Shown: piece by piece, positions 31,201-41,174 of the stretch
Layout of the letters: each line of letters begins with the position of its first letter
Position numbering within the stretch: the stretch's first letter is position 1
DNA from: an uncultured Poribacteria bacterium
GTDB taxonomy: Bacteria > Poribacteria > WGA-4E > WGA-3G
Direction: 5' to 3'
Length of the DNA stretch: 64,000 bases
Assembly (NCBI GenBank): GCA_958296135.2
Contig: CATQHZ020000001.1
Coordinates: 3,776,001-3,840,000, forward strand
Notes under the pieces: generated by a model
What the model saw: only the letters and a program-made list of their open reading frames with translations
Databases searched by the model: none
What the model was told of the DNA's origin: nothing
Program-made: the position numbers and the translations under genes

Positions 31201-32613
31201 ATGATAACGAAATCACAGATTGACACCGAAAAATTGCGGGCGAACGCGCCATTTTTCGCGCGCGTGCTCGCGGTGAACAACACGGAGCAGACGCTTCTCT
31301 TCACGCTTGAGAACCTCGGACGGCTGCCAAAAGGGTTCGATGGCGAGGTGTTCCTCCCGTTGTTCGCGCATTCAAACCCGAAAATTCGCTGTCTCGCCGT
31401 GAAAAACGTCGGGAAATTGAAAGACGAAGCGTTCTTTGAGGCAGTGTCATCGTTCGCGCGTGCCGAGAAAAACACGCTGTCTCGCCGCGAGGCAGTGTCG
31501 GCAATCGGCAGGCTCAAAACCGAGAAGGCGATTCCGGTGCTGAGTCAGTTCCTGACAGACCCGGATCCGAAGATTATCCTGCAGGCAGTGCGCGGATTGC
31601 TCTGCTTCAAGGAGCACCCAGAAGTCCAGCAGTGCTTAACGCCGCTTTGCGAACATCCCAATGAGCTCCTCCGGGAACACGTCACGCAGGCGTTGGCACC
31701 TGTTCGTGCGTCCGAAAGCATCGCGCATAGCCGGCGAAAACTCCCGCATTCTATCAGCCCCACCTTCCTGAAAAACGTGGTTGTCTGTGCGGATGTCAGT
31801 GAAGCTTTGCAAACGATTCCTGCAGAGTCAGTGCATCTCACGTTCACGTCGCCGCCCTACTACAACGCGCGCGATTACACGATTTTTGAGAGTTACGAGG
31901 CGTATCTCGAATTTCTCGTCGCCGTTTTCGCGGAGACGCATCGGATAACGAAAGAGGGAAGGTTCCTCGTGCTGAACACGTCCCCGGTCATCGTGCCGCG
32001 GATTAGCCGCGCGCATGCGAGCAAGCGGTATGCTATCCCTTACGACATCCACCCGCGCCTCACCGAAATCGGGTGGGAGTTTATTGATGACATCACTTGG
32101 GTGAAACCGGATTATGCCGCGAAGAACCGGAACGGCGGTTTCTTTCAACACCGCAAACCGCTCGGTTACAAGGCGAATTCTGTCACCGAATCGGTTATGG
32201 TTTATCGGAAGAAAACGGACAAACTGCTCGATTGGAACATGCGGCAATATGACGCGGAAACAATTGAAGCCAGCAGAATCTTGGGCGATTATGACAAGAC
32301 AAATGTCTGGCAAATCAATCCCTCAGCGGACAAAGTGCATCCGGCCGTCTTTCCGGTTGAGTTGGCGGTGCGCGTTATTCAGTTCTACTCCTTCAAAGGC
32401 GATTTGGTGTTCGACCCGTTTGGCGGAAGCGGCACCGTTGGCCAGGCGGCAATGGCCCTGGAAAGGTATTTTCTCCTCTGTGAAAAAGAGGCAGAATACG
32501 TGGAACGCGCGATGCAACGGCTTGACGCATCCCTATTCTCCCCCGAACAGCCGCCAAGGAGCCTCTCCTTGGCAGAACTTAACACTGAAGAACGGAGAAA
32601 TCACAAACCGTGA
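31201..32613 (+). CDS. HEAT-repeat / beta-class DNA methyltransferase fusion (probably m4C)
   Basis: N-terminal HEAT repeats; FTSPPY precedes DPFGGSGT; HPAVFP. Confidence 0.88.
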   Translation: MITKSQIDTEKLRANAPFFARVLAVNNTEQTLLFTLENLGRLPKGFDGEVFLPLFAHSNPKIRCLAVKNVGKLKDEAFFEAVSSFARAEKNTLSRREAVSAIGRLKTEKAIPVLSQFLTDPDPKIILQAVRGLLCFKEHPEVQQCLTPLCEHPNELLREHVTQALAPVRASESIAHSRRKLPHSISPTFLKNVVVCADVSEALQTIPAESVHLTFTSPPYYNARDYTIFESYEAYLEFLVAVFAETHRITKEGRFLVLNTSPVIVPRISRAHASKRYAIPYDIHPRLTEIGWEFIDDITWVKPDYAAKNRNGGFFQHRKPLGYKANSVTESVMVYRKKTDKLLDWNMRQYDAETIEASRILGDYDKTNVWQINPSADKVHPAVFPVELAVRVIQFYSFKGDLVFDPFGGSGTVGQAAMALERYFLLCEKEAEYVERAMQRLDASLFSPEQPPRSLSLAELNTEERRNHKP

Positions 32614-33599
32614 CTGTTACTGGAGTCGTCATTAAGAATATCATTCGCAAACTCATCGCGGGTGAAGATTACCGGTCGGAAGTCATTACCCTAATCGATG
32701 CCGAGTTCTTGCAATACGTTGTGGATTTTTTCAAACGCATTGCGCACGCCAAGTTGGAGAATCAAGCCGTAACCGCCGATTGGTATAGAAAGGAACTCCT
32801 CTGCGATGAGTCGCTGACCAAGGAGGAGGTAGCCGTCCATTCGGGCATGAACATGAAAACTATCTCCAATATGTATAACTCGGCGAGCAAGAAAATCGTG
32901 CTAGAAGCATCGTTGGAACACTACGATGCGCTTTACAACGCGATTCATAACCTCACCGAGCAGGACGACGTTGACATAACGTTAACCATAAAACTTCGTC
33001 ACGTAAGCGTTGACCTGAGTCTTAACGAAAGTTTGGTTGTCATCAACACGCTGGCAGTCAAACGTTCGGCACTTCGCGGCGGATTATGGAGCACTGCCGG
33101 GAAACAGGTTGAAAAACCTCTGATGGCAACGCTTTGTGCCCTTTTCCAAGTGCCGAGAAGGTTCTTCGATCAGAGCAATCTTCCGGATTCATTGCGTGAA
33201 GCGGATTTTTATCTTCTCGATGAGACCGGCACGCGGCACCGCTGTGAGGTGAAACTCATGGGAAAAGGTAACCCTGAAAGTGCAGACGTGGTTTACGCGC
33301 GCGGCAGCCGTGTGTTGGTTGCCAACAAACTCTCTGACGCAAACAAAGCGCAGATGGCATCAAATGACATCCTTTGGGTCGAACTCCAAGCAATCCACGG
33401 TTATCAGCGATTTGAGCAGGTGCTCAAGGCACTTTCTATTCCGTGTCGCCCGTTTACCGGAGAACTGCAACCAGCGTTGGATAAAATTTTGCCTGTCATA
33501 CTCTCCGATGACGTGCAGGCCTCCGTCACGCCAGAGGCAATTCTACAAGAACAGGAGCAAGGGCTGAATCACCTTTCAGAACTATTGGTTAAATTGTAA
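32610..33599 (+). CDS. type II restriction endonuclease, CfrBI-like
   Basis: Coupled to the MTase; 'KNII.KL..G.DYR', 'LRGGLWSTAGKQVEKPLM', D...EVKLMGKGNPES (PD-(D/E)xK). Confidence 0.8.
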   Translation: MTVTGVVIKNIIRKLIAGEDYRSEVITLIDAEFLQYVVDFFKRIAHAKLENQAVTADWYRKELLCDESLTKEEVAVHSGMNMKTISNMYNSASKKIVLEASLEHYDALYNAIHNLTEQDDVDITLTIKLRHVSVDLSLNESLVVINTLAVKRSALRGGLWSTAGKQVEKPLMATLCALFQVPRRFFDQSNLPDSLREADFYLLDETGTRHRCEVKLMGKGNPESADVVYARGSRVLVANKLSDANKAQMASNDILWVELQAIHGYQRFEQVLKALSIPCRPFTGELQPALDKILPVILSDDVQASVTPEAILQEQEQGLNHLSELLVKL

Positions 33600-34312
33600 T
33601 GAAAATCTTAGGTATTGACACCGCAACCCCTATCGGAAGCGTCGCCTTAATTGATGGCGAAAGCCTCATCGCAGAGCATACGCTCAATATCGTGCAAGCG
33701 CACTCCTCGCGACTCATGCCTGCGATTGACACCGTCCTCAAATGGGGCGACATCACCGCGGCGGAACTCGACGGATGCGCCGTCGGCATCGGACCGGGTT
33801 CCTTCACCGGCATCCGCATCGGCATCGCAACAATCAAATCGCTCTGTTACGCACTTGATAAACCGATTGTCGGCGTTTCAACGCTAGAATCCATCGCCTA
33901 TAACCTGCGCTGGACTGAAGGCATCATCTGCCCAATACTCGATGCACGACGGAACGAGATTTACGGGGCTATCTTCCGCGGTGGAGACAAATGGCAACGC
34001 CTCAGCGATGATTGCTGTGTAACGGTTGCGTCATTTCTTGCGGAATTTAGCAAGACTAGAAGGGTTCTCCTATCGGAAATCGAGACCGGGGGGACGCACC
34101 TACTGCCGTGCACCTTCGTTGGCGATGGACTGGAGATTTATGCGGATGCGGTGCAGGCGGTACTAGGCGAAGAAATCCGCTTCGCCGATGCAATTTTCAA
34201 TGTGCCGCGCGGTGCGACAGTCGCACACCTCGGCGCGCAACGCTTACAAAATGGGGACAGCGATAGTTATTGGACTTTAGTGCCGAACTATGTTAGAATA
34301 GGGCTCTATTGA
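33599..34312 (+). CDS. tsaB: tRNA threonylcarbamoyladenosine biosynthesis protein
   Basis: LGIDTAT, HS..LMP.I, GPGSFTGIRIG, LDARRNEIY. Confidence 0.95.
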   Translation: MKILGIDTATPIGSVALIDGESLIAEHTLNIVQAHSSRLMPAIDTVLKWGDITAAELDGCAVGIGPGSFTGIRIGIATIKSLCYALDKPIVGVSTLESIAYNLRWTEGIICPILDARRNEIYGAIFRGGDKWQRLSDDCCVTVASFLAEFSKTRRVLLSEIETGGTHLLPCTFVGDGLEIYADAVQAVLGEEIRFADAIFNVPRGATVAHLGAQRLQNGDSDSYWTLVPNYVRIGLY

Positions 34313-37300
34313 GGAGGGAAACTACCTTGTTTAAGGATTATCTCAGAGAAATAGAGCAGAAATGGCACAGCGGCCGCGCAACCGAACATACCTATCGCTC
34401 GAATCTGGAGCGGTTGCTCACCGATTTTCTGAAATCCGATGAGTATACCGTAATCAACGAACCGACGCACCTCGGGCGCAACGCACCGGACATGCTCATC
34501 CTCAAGAATCAGCAACCAGTCGGCTACATTGAGGCGAAAAATATTGGGGCTAACCTTGACAAAGTTGAGGAAACAGAGCAGCTCCAACGCTACCGAAACG
34601 GGTTGGAAAACCTGATTCTGACAGATTACCTCGAATTCCGCCTGTATCGCCAGAGCAAGAAGCACCAAAGCGTTCGGCTTGGTGATGTCTCGTCGCAGCG
34701 GCACTTTCAGTATCTTCCTGAAAACGAATCCGACATCAGGGATTTGCTGAACGCCTTCATCTACGGACATCAACCTGTCGTCGTCATCAGTCCGGAAGAT
34801 TTGGCGGCGCGGCTGAGTCAGAAGGCACTTCTCCTTCGCTACGGGATAAGCCGTATCCTAGAGAACGACAACGCCTCAAAACTCGGCGAACTCTTCGCGG
34901 CGTTCAAAGAGCATCTGGTTGAAGGGCTATCTCCATCGCAATTCGCGGACATGATAGCCCAAACGATGACTTACGGCCTGTTCGCCGCCCGCGCCGAACA
35001 CAAAAGCGGGCCGTTTACGCGAGAGAGTGCCGTGAAAGGTTTCTTGAAAACCAGTCCCTTCCTGCACGCAATTTTCACGCGTGCCGATAAGGGGCTCCAG
35101 GAAGATGCAAACCTGCTTTCACAAGAAATCCTGCTTGACGCGGATCTGAATTGGATTGTGGATGACTTGGTTGCATTCCTTGAGGCAAGCGATATCCATA
35201 ACCTCCTTAAGGGTGTTGCCCAAGGCGATGCCATTGTTCATTTTTATGAGACATTCTTAAGGGCATATAATCCGAACGAAAAGAAGTTGCGCGGGGTATA
35301 CTACACGCCGGATGCGGTTGTCTCTTACATTGTGCGCAGCGTCCACCAGATTTTGCAGAGAGACTTCGGTATTCCGAATGGGCTCGCCGCCACCGAAACC
35401 GTCGCGCAACACAGCGGCGCAGCGCGAACCCAACCGCGGGTAACAATTCTCGACCCGGCCACCGGCACCGGCACCTTCTTACGGCACGTCGTTGACAAGG
35501 TGCATGATGTCTACATAACCGCGCAAGGCAATTCTCCGCAAACCTGGCCCGATTACGTTCGGAAACATCTCCTGCCGCGCCTCTTCGGTTTTGAACTGAT
35601 GGTAGCACCGTATGCGATGTGTCACCTCAGTTTAACGCAGCACCTTGTCAGAATGGGTTACCACTTTACGGAAGACGAACGGCTGCATGTTTATCTCACC
35701 AATACGCTGGACGAACGTGACTTGCAGCTCTATCTCGCTGAGGAGAACGCAATCGCGAAAGAGGGCGATGCCGCCATCAAAATTAAGAAGTTATATCAAC
35801 TGATGGTTATCCTTGGCAACCCGCCTTATGCTGTCCACTCGGCAAACAAAAGCGATTGGATTCACAACCTGCTGCGCGGTTTCGATGGTAGCGACACTGA
35901 GACAGCGAACTACTTCCAAGTTGATGGGCAGCCACTCAACGAGAGAAACCCGAAGATGCTCAACGATGACTACGTCAAATTTTTCCGATTCGCGCAGTGG
36001 CATATTGAACGGACAGGTTATGGCGTGCTCGGCCTCATTACCAACCACGGCTACCTTGACAATCTCACCTTCCGGGGAATGCGGGAAAGTTTGATGCGCA
36101 CCTTTGACGAAATTTACCTGCTGAACCTGCACGGGAATCTGAGAAAAAAAGAGAAAACTCCCGACGGTGGGAAAGACGAGAACGTGTTTGATATCATGCA
36201 AGGAGTTGCAATCGGCTTCTTTGTCAAAAAGGAAGGAGACGCGAACCTACCCTGCCGTGTCTTTTACGCCGACAGCTGGGGAAACCGCGCAAGCAAAATG
36301 AATTGGTTGGCGGAAAACGATATCCACACCACACCGTGGCGAGAAATTTCGCCTACGTCGCCGCACTACTTCTTTGTGCCTAAGGATGCAACCTACGTGG
36401 AAGAATACGAAAGCGGCATAAGCGTTAAGGAAATTTTCCAGGTCAATTCCGTAAGTATCTCTAGCGGCAGAGACAAATTAACGATTCACTGGACGCGAGA
36501 AGACGTACTACAAGTGGTTCGTCAATTCCGCTCGCTGTCGGTAGACGAGGCCTGTCAACGATTCAGTCTCGCCGAAGGGACAGTAGCACTTATACGAGCG
36601 GATCTGGACGAGCCCCCAGAGAGCCCTGGTACCGCCGAGCATATTGTGCCAATTTGCTATCGGCCGTTTGATACGCGCTTTACGTATTACACGGGACGCT
36701 CTGGCGGCTTTCACGACAGGCCGCGACGTGATGTAATGCAGCATTTCCTCAATGCTTCAAATGTGGGGTTGGTTACGGCTCGGTACAATCCACAAGCGTC
36801 TGGGTGGTGTCATGCCTTCGTCTCTCACAATATGCTAGCCATCTCCAACCAATACTACTTTTTTCCGCTCTACCGTTACCCAGATGGCGGAGAAGAACCT
36901 GAACCGAATTTTGCGGAAGGATTTGCCGAGCAACTCGCCCAAAATTTGGGGTTGCGTTTTATCGGATGCGGCTGTGGCGATTTGCACGAAACCTTTGGCG
37001 CGACAGATGTCCTACACTACCTCTATGCCGTGCTCTATGCTCCCAGTTATCGGGAACGCTACGCAGAATGCCTCAAAACTGATTTTCCGCGTATCGCGTT
37101 CACACATCAGCGAAACTTTTTCCAAGTGTTGTGTAAATTTGGCAAACGGTTAGTCAATTGCCATATCCCAACTTCAGAGGGCGAGGTTCACAAAAGCGAA
37201 CCTCGCTTCGATGTGGTGGGCAGCAACGTTGTCGGGCAAATTCGCTATGATGCATCAGTACCCCAGGTCTGGATAAATAAGCGTCAGTATTTTGAGGGAG

Positions 37301-37497
37301 TCATTCCGGAAGTGTGGCAATTTCAGATTGGCGCATATTCCCCTGCGCAAAATTGGCTGAAAGTTCGGAAGGGACGCATCTTGCAACCGGAGGATATTCG
37401 GCACTATCAGTCCATCTGCCAAGCCCTGCGTGAAACCCTATCGGTGATGGCAGAAATCGATAAGGAAATTGAACGGCATGGGGGATGGCCCTTGTAG
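34309..37497 (+). CDS. fused restriction-modification enzyme (type IIG / ISP-like; N6-adenine MTase)
   Basis: N-terminal PD...IEAK nuclease, GVYYTP, LDPATGTGTF, GNPPY, C-terminal YRPFD...DFPRI specificity region. Confidence 0.88.
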   Translation: MRRETTLFKDYLREIEQKWHSGRATEHTYRSNLERLLTDFLKSDEYTVINEPTHLGRNAPDMLILKNQQPVGYIEAKNIGANLDKVEETEQLQRYRNGLENLILTDYLEFRLYRQSKKHQSVRLGDVSSQRHFQYLPENESDIRDLLNAFIYGHQPVVVISPEDLAARLSQKALLLRYGISRILENDNASKLGELFAAFKEHLVEGLSPSQFADMIAQTMTYGLFAARAEHKSGPFTRESAVKGFLKTSPFLHAIFTRADKGLQEDANLLSQEILLDADLNWIVDDLVAFLEASDIHNLLKGVAQGDAIVHFYETFLRAYNPNEKKLRGVYYTPDAVVSYIVRSVHQILQRDFGIPNGLAATETVAQHSGAARTQPRVTILDPATGTGTFLRHVVDKVHDVYITAQGNSPQTWPDYVRKHLLPRLFGFELMVAPYAMCHLSLTQHLVRMGYHFTEDERLHVYLTNTLDERDLQLYLAEENAIAKEGDAAIKIKKLYQLMVILGNPPYAVHSANKSDWIHNLLRGFDGSDTETANYFQVDGQPLNERNPKMLNDDYVKFFRFAQWHIERTGYGVLGLITNHGYLDNLTFRGMRESLMRTFDEIYLLNLHGNLRKKEKTPDGGKDENVFDIMQGVAIGFFVKKEGDANLPCRVFYADSWGNRASKMNWLAENDIHTTPWREISPTSPHYFFVPKDATYVEEYESGISVKEIFQVNSVSISSGRDKLTIHWTREDVLQVVRQFRSLSVDEACQRFSLAEGTVALIRADLDEPPESPGTAEHIVPICYRPFDTRFTYYTGRSGGFHDRPRRDVMQHFLNASNVGLVTARYNPQASGWCHAFVSHNMLAISNQYYFFPLYRYPDGGEEPEPNFAEGFAEQLAQNLGLRFIGCGCGDLHETFGATDVLHYLYAVLYAPSYRERYAECLKTDFPRIAFTHQRNFFQVLCKFGKRLVNCHIPTSEGEVHKSEPRFDVVGSNVVGQIRYDASVPQVWINKRQYFEGVIPEVWQFQIGAYSPAQNWLKVRKGRILQPEDIRHYQSICQALRETLSVMAEIDKEIERHGGWPL

Positions 37498-37625
37498 AAT
37501 TCCCCTAATCGGCGAGGCAAAGCGACTGAGAAAAAATAGCATCGAAAACTTAGAACTTAGTCATCGTCAACGGCGATGACGGCCTTACGAGAACAGACGT
37601 TCTTTTACCAGAAACGTAGCACGCA

Positions 37626-39095
37626 TTGCGAACAACAAAAATAGTCCAAAACACGTCCACACTTTTCGGCGCGCATCTCCTCGGGCGGCTTGGTGCGCTC
37701 GTGATAACTATCTGGCTCATGCCGCGGTATTTCACCGCAAACGCGCTCGGCGGCTATTTCGTCGCGATTGCCCTCACGAACCTCATCGCCAGCCTCACGG
37801 AGTTGGGGCTCCAAAACCCGCTCATCCGAGAGATGACGCTAGACTTGCCGCGCACTCGGCAATTCCTCGGCAACGCGCTCCTCGTGCGCGGTGTCTTATC
37901 GCTCATCGCCTACGCCCTCATGATGATGAGCGGCGTGCAACTCGGCTACGCCCCGGTTATCGTAGAGATGATAGTCTTTTTAGGGCTGGCAGAGATTGCC
38001 AATTCCCTCGCGCAGCTGTATCGCTGCGTCTTCCGCGCGCACGAACAGATGACATACGAGGCACTGACCGTGGTGGCCGAGCGCGGTGCTTTCGTCCTCA
38101 TCGGCGGCGGCGCGATTTTGCTCGGATATGGGCTTGTACCTGTCTGTCAAGCGATGCTGGCGGCGAGTTGCATCAACCTGATGCTGAGCATCGGCATTGC
38201 GAAATATCGATTTCTGAGTGCGCCGCGCACGGCGCAGGACAGGTTTCCCTCGCCCTACCGGTTCAGTTGGCAAATCGTTGAAGTGCTGATGCGGCAGGCA
38301 TTGCCGTTCGCAGTCGGTAACCTCTTCAACCTGCTCTATTTTCGCATCGATGCGATTCTGTTGTCAAAACTCAGTCCAGATGGCGTAGATGCGAATACGT
38401 GGTACGGCTTGGCGTATACGCTAGTTAATGCGTTCACGATTCTGCCGGGCGCGTTCATGATGGGCGCGATGTTCCCCGTCCTCTCCCGCGCGTTTGAGCA
38501 AGCCCCAGCCGAATTCCCGAAGGCATACACATTCGGCGTGCGGTGGATGGTGCTGAGCGGCATCCCGCTCGCCGTGGGGCTTGCAACCCTCTCTCACGAG
38601 ATTACCGCGGCATTATTCCCCGCGGAGACGGTAGATAACATCGCGGTAGCATTGCGATGGCTCGGCGGTTCCGGCGGACTTATCTTCTTAACGACAGTCG
38701 TCTTGACAGTGCTACGCGCCGCCGATAAACGCCGGGCGTTCTCACTGCTCATGGCGACAACCGCACTGCTAAACATCGGTTTGAATCTGTTCCTCATCCC
38801 GCGGTTCAGCCACGTCGGTGCAGCGATAGCGATGGTTCTCAGCGAGGCGTATCTGCTCATCGCCGGGTTCGGCTACATCTCAAAGCGGCTTGCCAAACTG
38901 ACCGAAACGGGATTTATTGTCAAGGCGGTTGTCCTCTCGCTTTTGATGGGAGCAGGGCTGGTTTTGATGAGAGGGTTGCTGTCGGTTTGGGCGTTGATTC
39001 CGCTAGCGGTGTTGTTTTATAGCGGTGGGCTAGCGGTTTTGGGGGAGTTCCGCACGCTAAAAAAACTTGACATTGACTCGGGAGATGAGGTATAA
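37626..39095 (+). CDS. Wzx-like polysaccharide flippase (MOP/MATE superfamily)
   Basis: Many TM helices, ELGL, YFRID.ILL, LIPRFS..GAAIA. Confidence 0.85.
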   Translation: MRTTKIVQNTSTLFGAHLLGRLGALVITIWLMPRYFTANALGGYFVAIALTNLIASLTELGLQNPLIREMTLDLPRTRQFLGNALLVRGVLSLIAYALMMMSGVQLGYAPVIVEMIVFLGLAEIANSLAQLYRCVFRAHEQMTYEALTVVAERGAFVLIGGGAILLGYGLVPVCQAMLAASCINLMLSIGIAKYRFLSAPRTAQDRFPSPYRFSWQIVEVLMRQALPFAVGNLFNLLYFRIDAILLSKLSPDGVDANTWYGLAYTLVNAFTILPGAFMMGAMFPVLSRAFEQAPAEFPKAYTFGVRWMVLSGIPLAVGLATLSHEITAALFPAETVDNIAVALRWLGGSGGLIFLTTVVLTVLRAADKRRAFSLLMATTALLNIGLNLFLIPRFSHVGAAIAMVLSEAYLLIAGFGYISKRLAKLTETGFIVKAVVLSLLMGAGLVLMRGLLSVWALIPLAVLFYSGGLAVLGEFRTLKKLDIDSGDEV

Positions 39096-39130
39096 TAATA
39101 GAGAGAAAACATCACATAGGAGGAACAGAG

Positions 39131-39301
39131 ATGTCAATTCGCGAAGGAACGATGCACTTAACAGTAGAACGCCTGCTTGATAGCGTCAGGCAGCTATCTC
39201 CCACCGAATTGTGGGAGTTCACCGAGCGGTTTGTTGTGGCGCAAATGCTTGGAATTGAAAGAGGTAAACGATGCGTTTTGGGCCTATTAGGGAATTCCTG
39301 A
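39131..39301 (+). pseudogene. short ORF, probable gene remnant
   Basis: TTGACA-N18-TATAAT promoter (39067-39096), RBS AGGAGG, 56-codon ORF MSIREGTMHLTVERLLDSV... Confidence 0.4.
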
Positions 39302-39325
39302 AAAAATTTTGATGGAAAAATTAAT

Positions 39326-39354
39326 TTGACATTCTTAACAAAAAATGATATAAT
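39326..39354 (+). promoter_or_regulatory. perfect consensus sigma70 promoter
   Basis: TTGACA-N17-TATAAT with extended TG. Confidence 0.8.
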
Positions 39355-39459
39355 TTAATATAGTTAACGACGAACCGAACGTAAAAAGGAGGGCTCGGTG
39401 CAGTGGCGATAACTCTATGAGATACTAGGAGTATCTGCCCTAATCTAGCAGTGTGCATT

Positions 39460-40861
39460 TTTATTTGCAGTCGCCGTGGATTTGTGGTAGAATGTAGTTA
39501 CCGTTGGGGGCGAGACGGCTAGGTGCGGCTGCCCGCCGTGTCTCTCGCCCCACCTATCTAGCAGAAGGTGACAACCAACGGGAACGGTGACGCTATGGCA
39601 CTACGAGCCCAGAAGATAGCACTCAATCCAACTGAGGAACAGGTCGAGGCATTTAACCTGCATGTGCAATTCGCACGCGCCGCCTATAATGCCGCGCATT
39701 CTGATTGGAACGCCGACCGCCGTAACTCCCTCTATGATTTGAAGAAAATCTTCAACTCACGGAAGCGCGAGGTGTTCCCCGAATTCGCCGCGTGTTCTCA
39801 AAACGCAGGCAAGACTGCTATCCACGCTTTCGGTGATGCTATCGCCAGATACAAATCGGGACAGAATGGTGCGCCCAAACGGAAGACGCATAAGTCTCGC
39901 CCCGCGTTCCAGATTGATAATGGTGTGGATAGCGTCAAAATAACGGAGGACGGCAAACACGTCGTCCTCCCGATAATTGGACAGGTTAGGTTGCATGAAA
40001 CCCCTCGATGGACAGGTGAAGTTCGCCGTGCTTTCGTCAAACGCATCGCACATCGTTGGTATCTCAGCATCCTCGTCGACGTTAACGAACCGGAACCGCC
40101 TGATAGTTCCAACCTGCCCGCCGCAGGTTGTGATGTCGGCATCTCTGCCCTCGCCACGATGGACGATGGCACTGTCTATGAAAATCCGCGTGCCTTGCGC
40201 GTCAATGAACGCAAACTACGCCGTGCAAATAAGGCACTCGCCCGCAAGACGTTCATGAGCCGCAACTGGTGGAAGGCGAAGGAACGCCTCGCCCGCCTGC
40301 ATGCCCGTATCGCCAATGTGCGAACCGATGCCCATCATCAGGCGACACATCGCATCCTGCAAGGCATCTCGGCACTTGGCATCGAGAGCCTCACCGTCAA
40401 AGGTTTGATGAAAAATCGCAAGCTGAGCAAGGCACTCGCCGATGCAAGTCTTGGCGGCTTCCTCGTCAAACTCAAATATAAGGCGGTGTGGCGTGGCATC
40501 CGCATTGTGTCAGCAGATAAGTTCTGGCCGTCAACACAGCGATGCAGTTCTTGTGGATACGTCAAACGTGGCGAATTCAAACTGACGCTCAAGGACAGAG
40601 AATATCACTGCGGCATCTGCGGATGGGTAGAGGACAGAGACGTTAACGCCGCTATAAACCTTCGACAGCTCGCCTCAAGCACTGAGGAGAGTCAAAACGC
40701 CTGTGGAGATGCTGTAACACCTACTTTGGTAGGCTGGCATCAGAACCCGCGTGTGCGCGGAAGAAGCAGGAAACCGCTGACCGAACAGAGACTCGTAGAC
40801 TTTGCACAGGTTTCCAGATAAGTCTACATTTGACGAGATGCTCATAGGTTATGTAGTGCGG
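39460..40861 (+). mobile_element. non-autonomous tnpB-only element, IS607-like; left end uncertain
   Basis: No tnpA; GC hairpin at 39507-39551; 3' region ends ...GTAGTGCGG, resembling IS607-type right ends. Confidence 0.5.
39595..40821 (+). CDS. tnpB: RNA-guided endonuclease TnpB (IS200/IS605/IS607 superfamily)
   Basis: RuvC-I GCDVG, RuvC-II IESL, CSSCG/CGICG Zn finger, RuvC-III DRDVNAAINL; TTGCAG-N17-TAGAAT promoter at 39465-39493. Confidence 0.93.
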   Translation: MALRAQKIALNPTEEQVEAFNLHVQFARAAYNAAHSDWNADRRNSLYDLKKIFNSRKREVFPEFAACSQNAGKTAIHAFGDAIARYKSGQNGAPKRKTHKSRPAFQIDNGVDSVKITEDGKHVVLPIIGQVRLHETPRWTGEVRRAFVKRIAHRWYLSILVDVNEPEPPDSSNLPAAGCDVGISALATMDDGTVYENPRALRVNERKLRRANKALARKTFMSRNWWKAKERLARLHARIANVRTDAHHQATHRILQGISALGIESLTVKGLMKNRKLSKALADASLGGFLVKLKYKAVWRGIRIVSADKFWPSTQRCSSCGYVKRGEFKLTLKDREYHCGICGWVEDRDVNAAINLRQLASSTEESQNACGDAVTPTLVGWHQNPRVRGRSRKPLTEQRLVDFAQVSR

Positions 40862-40866
40862 TGACA

Positions 40867-41163
40867 ATGAATACCCAAGGACAGATGTTCGGCGGAAACT
40901 GGACAGATCAAAAATTGGAGTGCGTAAGGAAATACCTGCGCGCCTACACAACGATTATGGTTAAGCAGCCCTTTCGTTTCGCTTACAATGTATTTGAGCA
41001 AGTGGCTGATAATCCGCTTCTTCATTACAATTCAAAAAATGTTCCCCTGTATCTGCTCTGCTTTGCCGCAGGAAACCCAAAAGGGGCACCAACGGCAGTA
41101 AAGATTGCCCAGCATATCCTAAACGGAATGCGAACCGGCCCACAACTAACGCTTGAAATATAA
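40867..41163 (+). pseudogene. tcmP: three-Cys-motif partner protein TcmP with large in-frame internal deletion
   Basis: N-terminus FGGNWT..KL....YL.AY...FAY is joined directly to the C-terminus NSKNVPLYLLCFA.GN.KG....KIA; the IDAFAG SAM motif is missing; adjacent to DUF5131. Confidence 0.7.
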
Positions 41164-41174
41164 GAGGTAACCCA

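Noticed and set aside
39595-40821. TnpB as a Cas12f-like effector of the array
   Set aside because: It is 3 kb away with its own element-like right end, and the repeat complementarity lies in the iscB-linked RNA.
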